In this document: in pieces, positions 12,838 to 24,700 of the stretch
How positions within the stretch are numbered: the stretch's first letter is position 1
How the letters are laid out: each line of letters opens with the position of its first letter
From: Eledone cirrhosa
Lineage: Eukaryota
DNA: 64,000 nt
Direction of reading: 5' to 3'
Assembly (NCBI GenBank): GCA_964016885.1
Contig: OZ024751.1
Location: 50,778,001-50,842,000 of the forward strand
Program-made: the position numbers and the translations under genes
Notes under the pieces: model-generated
Told to the model about the DNA's origin: nothing
The model's database searches: none
What the model saw: the letters and a program-made list of their open reading frames with translations, nothing else

Positions 12838-15378
12838 ATGTTTTTACTTTCGGTTTTTCTGCTAAAAACCAAACATGTTTATTCATTGACATTCTTTCTA
12901 ATATTATTACATACCATTCCGTTATCATTGGAGATTAATATTACCATTATTTGCCGAAATCACGAGAACGTGGTGAAACATTGGCTTAAAATTACCTCAT
13001 GCTGTCCATATTGTCTTACCATAGAACGAATGTATTATTTAGATTGTGTTTTCGATTACATTGACTTGACAAACAAAATGCCGGGCTGTTTACGACCAGT
13101 CAAACGCAAAAGAAAAAATCAAATGATTTTTATGAATCCTGTGTATATGATTGTAAATGATTATGACAAAAGTGTTTCGGTGAATTTCTTGTTCCAACAA
13201 GACAGTTCCAGGTTTACTAAGAGATCGAAATGGGAAAGTTTTGTGTCAGTCTTTTCAAATATTTCAAACAAAAGCAATGTTATATTCAAACTTATTGTTC
13301 TGTGTGGAGATTCGATAATAAGATTAATTCCAACAAATGCCATTAAACAAATTTCTTTGATTATGTATTTCAAAATTTGTTTTAAAAACAATTCGTATCT
13401 TCATGGTATTTTGGGTCACAAATATTCTTGCAATGACCGGATTCCTAATTATCATCCATGGAAAGAGTTTCATCAAATTCTGTCAAATTTCTCAAATTTT
13501 ACAACAGAAAATAAGGAAGTTATCTTAAGAAGCTGCATCAATATCAGCAACATCCCTGAAAAAATAAAAAATCGACTGACAAAAATATGCCGGTCCCAGT
13601 GGAGAAACAACCAGATGTATTTTAGCGTCAGATCAATGTCTTTCAATATTGTCTTGGATTCTTCCAAGAGAGAAATGTACTTCGGTGTCAAATATATAAA
13701 CTTTCCTTTAAGTAAATCATGTCTTCAACGCAACCGATTTAATCGTGTCTTCAATGTAACAGATTTATTTCAGACGATATTATACGATTTCAACTGTTTT
13801 GGTGTTATAAAAATCAATTCTATTAACCAGGTATTATTTCCAATATCTCAATATAAACTATGGTTTCGTAACTTTAACTCTAAATATAAGAAACGATTTA
13901 ATACGTGTAAATATTTGCTAATGTTTAATACATATATACACCAGTTACCACTTAGTAAATATACTCCAAAGCCATCGTTTTTAACATTTAAGTATCAGCC
14001 ACTACCAGTCTTACTTCATTCAATAGAACCAAACAAAGGTCTAGCTGTGGGAACATACTGCACTTTTCAACAATATTCAACATTTATCGGAAAAGATTAT
14101 AACATTACACTAATGGATAGTTTCAATTTTACCACGAAAGAAATGATAAAATCTCATTATAATTCTTTGATATCCGAAAATGTTTCTATCAAAAGAACTC
14201 AGCAGACTTTGAAAAAAAAGTCAATGAAAAGTTATTATTATCACGGTTCTAGAAGAAAACGAGAGCTATCACAATATAGAGACCATTATGTTCATGATGT
14301 ATCAATGAAAGTAAAAAGGCCAAATATTTCTAAATATTTCAAGCATTCGTCGTTAAATCATATGACACAGAAGCGAAAGTTTAACCAACTTAAAGGTCAT
14401 TCGAAGGAAATCCTCAATATGGACAATCAAACTTTACATATCTGCAAACAAGGTGTTAACTGTAAACTACCAACTTGTTGGTGTTTTGGCAAACAGCCTG
14501 ACTTTGATAGCAGGAACATACCCCAGTTTGTGTATTTTACATTCGATGGAATCGTTGACAATATTAGCTACGAAAAAATAGCCTATCTCTTCTCACACAA
14601 CAGAACAAATGAAAATGGCTGTCAAATACGTGCCACGATTTTTGTAACTGGTCTGGCGTCGGATTATAAAGAAATAAATCGGCTGTATAGGGCCGGGCAC
14701 GAAATAGCATTAAATGGACTTAGCAACGACGTTGTTGACCCTTTAATGGAACCTCTCGAAATAGTCGTTCAGAAGAAATTACTCGAACGCTATGCAGGAA
14801 TCCCTGAGCTTTATATAACTGGCTGGAGAAACAGCCACGAGACCTGGAGATGGAATAAACAACTGGATTATTTGAAGAAGTACAATATGGTGTATGATTC
14901 TTCTCTCGTAATAAAACCGTCGAACATCGGTGAGCGGGGAATATGGCCGTTTACATTAGAATTTGGCTGGGATGAAAATTGTCAAAATAGCAGCTGTAGA
15001 TTAAAAAGGAAGAGGCTAGAAGAACTATGGGAAATTCCATCAATTCTTTATTTTGATTTGGAAACTTCTCATCTATGTTACTATATAGATGATTGTTTTA
15101 ATAGACCTCACACATCTGTAGAAACCTACGACTATCTAGTTCATAATTTCCTCAGTGCACGTAAATATAAAATGCCCTTTGGTGTACGTTTGAGAAGATA
15201 TTGGTTTGATAACGATAACAATCCGAGTTTTAAAGGCCTTGATGCTTTCATCAAATTTCTAGTGGAGCTCGACAATGTATATTTAGTGAGTATATCTGAT
15301 CTTATTGGATGGATGCGACATCCACAGCCGATCTTTACAGAGAGAAATATAAAACATTTTCTCGGTATTGGGTGTTAA
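12838..15378 (+). CDS. Secreted chitin deacetylase-like (CE4/NodB) protein with one degenerate C-terminal domain and an uncharacterised N-terminal region
   Basis: Open frame 12694-15378; first ATG with a hydrophobic leader (MFLLSVFLL...TFFLILLHTIPLS) at 12838; the C-terminal ~310 aa has CKQGVNCKLPTCWC, PQFVYFTFDG, NGC, YDSS, WPFTL, WEIP and PFG motifs of the insect/mollusc CDA-like family; start codon uncertain. Confidence 0.85.
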   Translation: MFLLSVFLLKTKHVYSLTFFLILLHTIPLSLEINITIICRNHENVVKHWLKITSCCPYCLTIERMYYLDCVFDYIDLTNKMPGCLRPVKRKRKNQMIFMNPVYMIVNDYDKSVSVNFLFQQDSSRFTKRSKWESFVSVFSNISNKSNVIFKLIVLCGDSIIRLIPTNAIKQISLIMYFKICFKNNSYLHGILGHKYSCNDRIPNYHPWKEFHQILSNFSNFTTENKEVILRSCINISNIPEKIKNRLTKICRSQWRNNQMYFSVRSMSFNIVLDSSKREMYFGVKYINFPLSKSCLQRNRFNRVFNVTDLFQTILYDFNCFGVIKINSINQVLFPISQYKLWFRNFNSKYKKRFNTCKYLLMFNTYIHQLPLSKYTPKPSFLTFKYQPLPVLLHSIEPNKGLAVGTYCTFQQYSTFIGKDYNITLMDSFNFTTKEMIKSHYNSLISENVSIKRTQQTLKKKSMKSYYYHGSRRKRELSQYRDHYVHDVSMKVKRPNISKYFKHSSLNHMTQKRKFNQLKGHSKEILNMDNQTLHICKQGVNCKLPTCWCFGKQPDFDSRNIPQFVYFTFDGIVDNISYEKIAYLFSHNRTNENGCQIRATIFVTGLASDYKEINRLYRAGHEIALNGLSNDVVDPLMEPLEIVVQKKLLERYAGIPELYITGWRNSHETWRWNKQLDYLKKYNMVYDSSLVIKPSNIGERGIWPFTLEFGWDENCQNSSCRLKRKRLEELWEIPSILYFDLETSHLCYYIDDCFNRPHTSVETYDYLVHNFLSARKYKMPFGVRLRRYWFDNDNNPSFKGLDAFIKFLVELDNVYLVSISDLIGWMRHPQPIFTERNIKHFLGIGC

Positions 15379-15653
15379 ATATTGATATAAACATGAACAT
15401 GTCTACCATATCGATATAGATCTCAAGCCCATCATCTGTGAAACGTGTGTGACAGTCGGTATTCAATGAAAGCATTTTAAAGTGAAACTTCGTCATATCG
15501 AAAAACAGTTACATAAGACAAACCAACAATTGTATCCCTACCTCGTCAGCCACCTTATTTCCGTGCAATTTTGCACATTTATGTGATATTGTATTTGTAT
15601 TGCCAGTTTGTGCAACAGATTGGAGAAATATGCATGTGTGTATATGTAAAGGG

Positions 15654-15750
<97 letters not shown>

Positions 15751-15779
15751 GTAATATTAATATTGTAAATAATAATAAG

Positions 15780-15930
15780 TTTACGATCTGAGTTCAAATC
15801 CTCTCGAGGTTAGCTTTGCCTTTCATCGTTACGGCGTCGATCAAATAAAGTACCAGTAATACTCTGAGGTCGATTTAATTGACTTTCCCCTCTCCCAAAA
15901 TTGTTGGCCTTGTGCTTAAATCAGAAACGA
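15780..15930 (+). mobile_element. tRNA-derived SINE, partial (octopus-type family)
   Basis: B-box GAGTTCAAATC followed by ctttgcctttcatc...gataaaataaagtaccagta body shared with more than 10 copies in the window. Confidence 0.75.
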
Positions 15931-16754
15931 ATATTGTAAATAATAATTGTAATAATTATGTTATATATGTATATATGTATATAAGTTGTATTTATTGTAT
16001 AGATATATTTATTGTATAAAATTATTAATTTGAAATGTAATTTTAAATATGATTAAATTAAATTATTAACAATATAAAGCCTCAATGTTTTGTTCTGTCA
16101 TCTTAATACACAAAACTTATACACCCTGAGATGATGCTTGGTCTCTCAACAAAACTCTTTCTGGACAATCAGGTGAGTCCTCCATAGAAAAACGTTTTGA
16201 CCAATCGGTTTATTTTTATACAAATCTCCTTTTTTCTGTGGTCTACCAACGCATATGTATGTATGGAGCCATAACTTCTAGTCGAGTTGTAGAGACGCTG
16301 TAGTGTCATACAGTGTTTCTTGGGTATTTAAAACCTATTGGAGCTCATCTCTTCTCCAGATATGGGTACATCCGAGATTATCTTCCAGAGTAGAGAGATG
16401 GTGGAGAGGAAAGGCATATAATGGAAGGATCGACCCTAGTCCTGGACTGGTGCTTTCTTGACCTGGAAATGGGAAGAACTTTGGTGGGTTTTGAACGAAT
16501 TCTATCCGATATGTGTGTGTGTGTCAGTTTGTGTGTGTGTGCGTGTGTGTGTGTGTGCGACGAGCTTCTGCAGACTCTATCAACCAAATTCCACTCACAA
16601 AGCATTTGGTCAACCAGAGTCAGTTGCAAATGTTGTCACTCAGGGGGATTGAACCCTGAACCATAAGGTCACAGAACGAACTCCTTAACCACACAGCCAT
16701 GTCTGAGACTGTTCATATCCCTAATTAGACATAACAATAATAGATGAAGTGAAA

Positions 16755-16786
16755 ACAACAACAATAACAAGAGAAACTACTACTAT

Positions 16787-16846
<60 letters not shown>

Positions 16847-16907
16847 CACCACCACTACTACTACTACTACAGCAATGGCATCATCAACAACAACAATAAC
16901 AAGAGAA

Positions 16908-16942
<35 letters not shown>

Positions 16943-17115
16943 CACCACCACTACTACTACTACAGCAATGGCATCATCAACAACAACAATAACAAGAGAA
17001 ACTACTACTACTACTACTACTGCAGCAACAGCAATGGCATCATCAACAAGAAACAATGACAAGAAAAACTACTACTGCTACTACGATGACTACAACAACA
17101 ATAACATCATCAACG
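16755..17115. repeat. Compound minisatellite: (ACT/ACC)n runs separated by a repeated GCAATGGCATCATCAACAA...AGAGAA spacer
   Basis: Spacer occurs three times. Confidence 0.85.
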
Positions 17116-17353
17116 TATAGGTCATTGATTTTTTTGTTTTTTTTTGTTTTTTTTTGTCTCGATCTAAACGTGTCCTGACACGTGGTCTGGTGACGTCACC
17201 GACATCACAGCACGTGCAATTGACTGATCGTTGCATGTAGAAGAGATTTAGACATTTAAGATAAAACAATGACAGAGCAGGGTGGAGTAAGGTGGGAGGG
17301 GTGGGTTACGTGAAGGGCCCGAATGTTTAATGATGTAACACATTGTAAGTTAC

Positions 17354-17528
17354 TGGTGGTGGTGGTGGTGGTGGTGGTAGTGGTGGTGGTGGTGGTGGTG
17401 GTGGAGTTTCTTAGGGTATTGGTTGTGGTTCTTAAGATGGTGGTGGTGGTGGTGGTGGAGTTTCTTAGGGTGTTGGTTGTGGTTCTTAAGATGGTGGTGG
17501 TGGTAGTGGTGGTGGTAGTGAAGGTGGT

Positions 17529-17560
<32 letters not shown>

Positions 17561-17836
17561 TTCTTAGGGTGTTGGTTGTGGTTCTTAAGATGGCGGTGGT
17601 AGTGGTAGTGGTGGTGGTGGTGGTGGTGGTGGTGGAGTTTCTTAGGGTGTTGGTTGTGGTTCTTAAGATGGTGGTGGTGGTGGTGGTGGTGGTGGTGGAG
17701 TTTCTTAGGGTGTTGGTTGTGGTTCTTAAGATGGCTGTGGTGGTTGTGATGGTGGTGGTGGTGGTGGTAATAGTGATGGTAGAGATTATTAAGATGGTGT
17801 TGTTGTTGTTGGTGGTGGTGGTGGTGGTGGTGGTGG
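17354..17836. repeat. Compound minisatellite: (GGT)n plus GAGTTTCTTAGGGTGTTGGTTGTGGTTCTTAAGAT, five copies
   Basis: Direct reading. Confidence 0.9.
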
Positions 17837-18144
17837 AAGAACATGGGATCATAGCTTAAATACCTTTGATCATAAATCTGCTCCGTCAGGGTTGACCTGG
17901 GAGTTAAACAACAACAACAACAACAACAACAACAGACCCTCTCTATAAACCCGAGGGTGCACCAGTGAAAAGTAAAGGAGGGATGGGCAATGCCATCCAG
18001 GGAATTCAACACTTACAGAAATTGTCAAATATGACAACTAGTTTCCAGATACGGTCTATAATCGTGTAACAGAATTGTGGCTATATTAGGAGTAGTGGTG
18101 TGATCATGTGGAGGAGTGGTGGTGGTAGGGATGGTGCTGATAAT

Positions 18145-18335
18145 AATTGTTTCTACTTTTGGCACAAGGCCAGCAATTGCCCAGTGTATTACTGGTACTT
18201 TATTTTATCGATCCCGTAAGGATGAAAGGCAAAGTTAACCTTGGCGGGATTTGAACTCAGAATGGAAAGGGCCGTAACTCTTTGCGTCAAAGCATGGCGT
18301 CCGACCCTCTTCCGATACTGCCAATTCACCGCCTT
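18145..18335 (-). mobile_element. tRNA-derived SINE, near full length
   Basis: Reverse complement has a GGCGGTGAATTGGCAG head, B-box GAGTTCAAATCCC and the shared body. Confidence 0.8.
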
Positions 18336-18488
18336 TGGTGCTGATAATAGTGATGGTGGTAGAGCGTGTAGCTTTAGTTTAGCTATATGCAAAATAATAA
18401 CATGTGGTGATTTGTTTAACTGTTGTTTATTGCATAACAAACATTTACAAATGTAAGAAGGAGCAATCTACTCCTAAAGTCCAGGTCT

Positions 18489-19624
18489 TGTTAGCTGCCC
18501 CACTGAAAGGACCTTCACTGCTGACCAGTTCAATAACAAGTCTACAGTAATGGTCCTTCTGTTAGCTGCCCCACTGAAAGGACCTTCACTGCTGACCAGT
18601 TCAATAACAAGTCTACAGTAATGGTCCTTCTGTTAGCTGCCCCACTGAAAGGACCTTCACTGCTGACCAGTTCAATAACAAGTCTACAGTAATGGTCCTT
18701 CTGTTAGCTGCCCCACTGAAAGGACCTTCACTGCTGACCAGTTCAATAACAAGTCTACAGTAATGGTCCTTCTGTTAGCTTCCCCACTGAAAGGACCGTC
18801 ACTGCTGACCAGTTCAATAACAAGTCTACAGTAATGGTCCTTCTGTTAGCTGCCCCACTGAAAGGACCGTCACTGCTGACCAGTTCAATAACAAGTCTAC
18901 AGTAATGGTCCTTCTGTTAGCTGCCCCACTGAAAGGACCTTCACTGCTGACCAGTTCAATAACAAGTCTACAGTAATGGTCCTTCTGTTAGCTTCCCCAC
19001 TGAAAGGACCGTCACTGCTGACCAGTTCAATAACAAGTCTACAGTAATGGTCCTTCTGTTAGCTGCCCCACTGAAAGGACCGTCACTGCTGACCAGTTCA
19101 ATAACAAGTCTACAGTAATGGTCCTTCTGTTAGCTGCCCCACTGAAAGGACCTTCACTGCTGACCAGTTCAATAACAAGTCTACAGTAATGGTCCTTCTG
19201 TTAGCTGCCCCACTGAAAGGACCTTCACTGCTGACCAGTTCAATAACAAGTCTACAGTAATGGTCCTTCTGTTAGCTTCCCCACTGAAAGGACCGTCACT
19301 GCTGACCAGTTCAATAACAAGTCTACAGTAATGGTCCTTCTGTTAGCTGCCCCACTGAAAGGACCTTCACTGCTGACCAGTTCAATAACAAGTCTACAGT
19401 AATGGTCCTTCTGTTAGCTGCCCCACTGAAAGGACCTTCACTGCTGACCAGTTCAATAACAAGTCTACAGTAATGGTCCTTCTGTTAGCTTCCCCACTGA
19501 AAGGACCGTCACTGCTGACCAGTTCAATAACAAGTCTACAGTAATGGTCCTTCTGTTAGCTGCCCCACTGAAAGGACCTTCACTGCTGACCAGTTCAATA
19601 ACAAGTCTACAGTAATGGTCCTTC
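18489..19624. repeat. 71-bp tandem repeat, 16 copies
   Basis: GTTAGC recurs at 18490, 18561, 18632 and so on; 1136 bp / 71 = 16; only two variable positions. Confidence 0.97.
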
Positions 19625-19669
19625 AATCAGCAGTTTGTCTTTTATGAGCTCACTGGCAATGGTCTACAT

Positions 19670-20022
19670 TGGTAGAGATGGTTCTGATAATGGTGATGGT
19701 AGTGGTGATGGTGATGGTAGTGGTAGTGGTAGTGGCGATGGCGATGGTGGTGGTGGTGGTGGCAGTAGTAGTGATGGTGGCGGTAGTAGTGGTGAAGGTG
19801 GTTGTGATGGTGGTGGTGGTAGTGATGATGGTAGTGGTGATGGTGGTGGTAATGGTATTGATGATGGTGGTGGTAGTGCTGATGGTGATGGTAGTGGTAG
19901 TGATGATGGTAGTGGTGATGGGATGGTAGGGGTAGGGGTGATGGTAGTGGTGATGGTAGTGGTAGTGATGATGGTAGTGGTGATGGTCTTTATGATAAAG
20001 GTGATGATGGGGATGGTGGTAG
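19670..20022. repeat. Degenerate (GGT/GAT)n microsatellite
   Basis: Direct reading. Confidence 0.85.
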
Positions 20023-20248
20023 TAACAGAGAGTTTAAACGACTTTAAATTTGAATTTTAACAAACAAAACAAGAAATAAAGTGCACGTATAAATGTTAGT
20101 GCTCCACGTGACCCGGGTACAAGCCACAACACAACACAGCTTTAAATTTCTCTCGATGTTGTAAATGGTATCGCTTGACACGTGACGACGCCATATTAAA
20201 TTGTCTTAGTTGTGTCTTAAACTCCGTTAAAAGAATAAAAGCAAGCAA

Positions 20249-20489
20249 TGTGTGTGAGTGTGTGTGTGTCTGTGTGTGTGTGTGTCTGTGTGTGTCTGTG
20301 TGTATGTGTCTGTGTGTGTGTGTCTGTATCTGTGTGTCTGTGTGTCTGTGTGTCTGTGTGTGTGTGTCTGTGTCTGTGTCTGTGTGTGTCTGTGTGTCTG
20401 TGTGCGTGTGTATGTGTATATGTGTGTCTGTGTGTGTGTGTGTGTGTGTGTCTGTGTGTGTGTGCATATGTCTGTGTATGTGTGTGTGT
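20249..20489. repeat. (GT)n/(GTGTCT)n microsatellite
   Basis: Direct reading. Confidence 0.9.
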
Positions 20490-21529
20490 AACAAAACAAA
20501 ACAAAAACAACATTAAACTAATCCACCCAGTCCCGTTAGCCCGTCCCCTCCCTAAAAAAAGCTAGATTAGCCTGGGGTATTGATGTCAAATATAAGTAAG
20601 AAACACCAAATTACAGCTTTATAACCCGTCCCCTTGCTTTACCCACCTCTACCCTACTAATGTACAAGCATTTATTTTCTATAGTTTATAGTTGTGGGTT
20701 CGAATATCACTGACTCTATATCCAGGTCAGACTAGGCGAGGGTGAGAGGAGCATGTGGGCCAGTTGCAAGGGCCTTGTTTCAGGGGGGTACCAGGTGACA
20801 AGTGCCCCCAACTTTTTCAAACGTCTATATTTTATTTTTTGTTTAGTTGACATAATAAATTCTTTTTAAGCTTATTTTTCTATATCTGAACTTCATTTGA
20901 ATATATAAAATTTAATTAGCGTAAAATTTTACTTATGTGATAGGGTCCAGGAAATGCACCATAAGTAATTTATGCTCCTTTAAGAATCAACAAATGTTGG
21001 TTTGTCCCCCCCTGGCCAGTTGGCATGGAGCTATGATTCTACGAAGTCCCTATTCGCTTCAAATTCTCCTTCTTTTAATCTGTTGTTATTTGTACAAGTA
21101 TTTATACCCATTATCCATACATAAACCACATTTAGAAAAGTTTGGATGGAGCGGGGTTTTACATTTTACATCTAGCTTGGACTATTTCTGTCAGCTTTTG
21201 AAAGTATCTTGATGATGGCTCCCCGTCAGTTTCGATGATGTACATGTAGTTATTTAATCAAATGAACGTCCAGTTTGTTAAATAAATATGTAAATGGCTG
21301 ATTTAGTATTCCACAAACGCGTGTACGCTGCTTTTGAATTCAAGATATAGTCTATTTAACGGGTTTCTACAGATGAGGTCTTTTGGTATTATTTTGTCAC
21401 TCATTCTGATGACATGACCATCCCGGCGTATTTGTGATATATATATTGGCGAAGTAAAGAACGATAACAATAACAAGGAGTGCATTTACGAACGGTGTTG
21501 GTATTGGGTTCACGCATGAGAGTGGCGGG

Positions 21530-21627
<98 letters not shown>

Positions 21628-21695
21628 ATAATATTAAATTTGAAGACTAAAATCAGAAGATCCCGTTAATTCTTTGCTTAAACTTTAATCTGTTA

Positions 21696-21769
<74 letters not shown>

Positions 21770-21773
<4 letters not shown>

Positions 21774-24700
21774 AATAGTTGCTCCATCTTTTGAGGAGGA
21801 CACTTCTTTTAATAGCTCTTTTTTCTAACCTGTTAATTATCAATTCTTTTCAGATTAATAATAACAGACATCAAGCTAACTCAGCAAATGAAAAGACACG
21901 CTGTAATCATTGCCTTAAAGACAGTATATAGTGATTTAGAGATTGCTCTCGTCCTGAAAGTTGCAAGGTTGCCTTAAAGACAGTATATAGTGATTTAGAG
22001 ATTGCTCTCGTCCTGAAAGTTGCAAGGTTGCCTTAAAGACAGTATATAGGGATTTAGAGATTGCTCTCGTCCTGAAAGTTGCAAGGTTGCCTTAAAGACA
22101 GTATATAGGGATTTAGAGATTGCTCTCGTCCTGAAAGTTGTAAGGTTGCCTTAAAGACAGTATATAGTGATTTAGAGATTGCTCTCGTCCTGAAAGTTTC
22201 AAGGTTGCCTTAAAGACAGTATATAGTGATTTATAGATTGCTCTCGTCCTGAAAGTTGCAAGGTTGCCTTAAAGACAGTATATAGGGATTTAGAGATTGC
22301 TCTCGTCCTGAAAGTTGCAAGGTTGCCTTAAAGACAGTATATAGGGATTTAGAGATTGCTCTCGTCCTGAAAGTTGTAAGGTTGCCTTAAAGACAGTATA
22401 TAGTGATTTAGAGATTGCTCTCGTCCTGAAAGTTTCAAGGTTGCCTTAAAGACAGTATATAGTGATTTATAGATTGCTCTCGTCCTGAAAGTTGCAAGGT
22501 TGCCTTAAAGACAGTATATAGGGATTTAGAGATTGCTCTCGTCCTGAAAGTTGCAAGGTTGCCTTAAAGACAGTATATAGTGATTTAGAGATTGCTCTCG
22601 TCCTGAAAGTTTCAAGGTTGCCTTAAAGACAGTATATAGTGATTTAGAGATTGCTCTCGTCCTGAAAGTTGCAAGGTTGCCTTAAAGACAGTATATAGGG
22701 ATTTAGAGATTGCTCTCGTCCTGAAAGTTGTAAGGTTGCCTTAAAGACAGTATATAGTGATTTAGAGATTGCTCTCGTCCTGAAAGTTTCAAGGTTGCCT
22801 TAAAGACAGTATATAGTGATTTATAGATTGCTCTCGTCCTGAAAGTTGCAAGGTTGCCTTAAAGACAGTATATAGGGATTTAGAGATTGCTCTCGTCCTG
22901 AAAGTTGCAAGGTTGCCTTAAAGACAGTATATAGTGATTTAGAGATTGCTCTCGTCCTGAAAGTTTCAAGGTTGCCTTAAAGACAGTATATAGTGATTTA
23001 GAGATTGCTCTCGTCCTGAAAGTTTCAAGGTTGCCTTAAAGACAGTATATAGGGATTTAGAGATTGCTCTCGTCCTGAAAGTTGCAAGGTTGCCTTAAAG
23101 ACAGTATATAGTGATTTAGAGATTGCTCTCGTCCTGAAAGTTTCAAGGTTGCCTTAAAGACAGTATATAGTGATTTAGAGATTGCTCTCGTCCTGAAAGT
23201 TGCAAGGTTGCCTTAAAGACAGTATATAGTGATTTAGAGATTGCTCTCGTCCTGAAAGTTTCAAGGTTGCCTTAAAGACAGTATATAGTGATTTAGAGAT
23301 TGCTCTCGTCCTGAAAGTTGCAAGGTTGCCTTAAAGACAGTATATAGTGATTTAGAGATTGCTCTCGTCCTGAAAGTTGCAAGGTTGCCTTAAAGACAGT
23401 ATATAGTGATTTAGAGATTGCTCTCGTCCTGAAAGTTGCAAGGTTGCCTTAAAGACAGTATATAGTGATTTATAGATTGCTCTCGTCCTGAAAGTTGCAA
23501 GGTTGCCTTAAAGACAGTATATAGGGATTTAGAGATTGCTCTCGTCCTGAAAGTTGTAAGGTTGCCTTAAAGACAGTATATAGTGATTTAGAGATTGCTC
23601 TCGTCCTGAAAGTTTCAAGGTTGCCTTAAAGACAGTATATAGTGATTTATAGATTGCTCTCGTCCTGAAAGTTGCAAGGTTGCCTTAAAGACAGTATATA
23701 GGGATTTAGAGATTGCTCTCGTCCTGAAAGTTGCAAGGTTGCCTTAAAGACAGTATATAGTGATTTAGAGATTGCTCTCGTCCTGAAAGTTTCAAGGTTG
23801 CCTTAAAGACAGTTTATAGTGATTTAGAGATTGCTCTCGTCCTGAAAGTTGCAAGGTTGCCTTAAAGACAGTATATAGTGATTTAGAGATTGCTCTCGTC
23901 CTGAAAGTTGCAAGGTTGCCTTAAAGACAGTATATAGTGATTTAGAGATTGCTCTCGTCCTGAAAGTTGCAAGGTTGCCTTAAAGACAGTATATAGTGAT
24001 TTATAGATTGCTCTCGTCCTGAAAGTTGCAAGGTTGCCTTAAAGACAGTATATAGGGATTTAGAGATTGCTCTCGTCCTGAAAGTTGTAAGGTTGCCTTA
24101 AAGACAGTATATAGTGATTTAGAGATTGCTCTCGTCCTGAAAGTTTCAAGGTTGCCTTAAAGACAGTATATAGTGATTTATAGATTGCTCTCGTCCTGAA
24201 AGTTGCAAGGTTGCCTTAAAGACAGTATATAGGGATTTAGAGATTGCTCTCGTCCTGAAAGTTGCAAGTTTGCCTTAAAGACAGTATATAGTGATTTAGA
24301 GATTGCTCTCGTCCTGAAAGTTTCAAGGTTGCCTTAAAGACAGTATATAGTGATTTAGAGATTGCTCTCGTCCTGAAAGTTGCAAGGTTGCCTTAAAGAC
24401 AGTATATAGTGATTTAGAGATTGCTCTCGTCCTGAAAGTTGCAAGGTTGCCTTAAAGACAGTATATAGTGATTTAGAGATTGCTCTCGTCCTGAAAGTTG
24501 CAAGGTTGCCTTAAAGACAGTATATAGTGATTTAGAGATTGCTCTCGTCCTGAAAGTTGCAAGGTTGCCTTAAAGACAGTATATAGTGATTTAGAGATTG
24601 CTCTCGTCCTGAAAGTTTCAAGGTTGCCTTAAAGACAGTATATAGTGATTTAGAGATTGCTCTCGTCCTGAAAGTTGCAAGGTTGCCTTAAAGACAGTAT

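Noticed and set aside
17400-17735. TTAGGG hexamers as an interstitial telomere
   Set aside because: Single hexamer per minisatellite unit, never tandem
18489-19624. CRISPR-like appearance of the 71-bp array
   Set aside because: Units are contiguous and near-identical with no unique spacers; eukaryotic context and no cas genes
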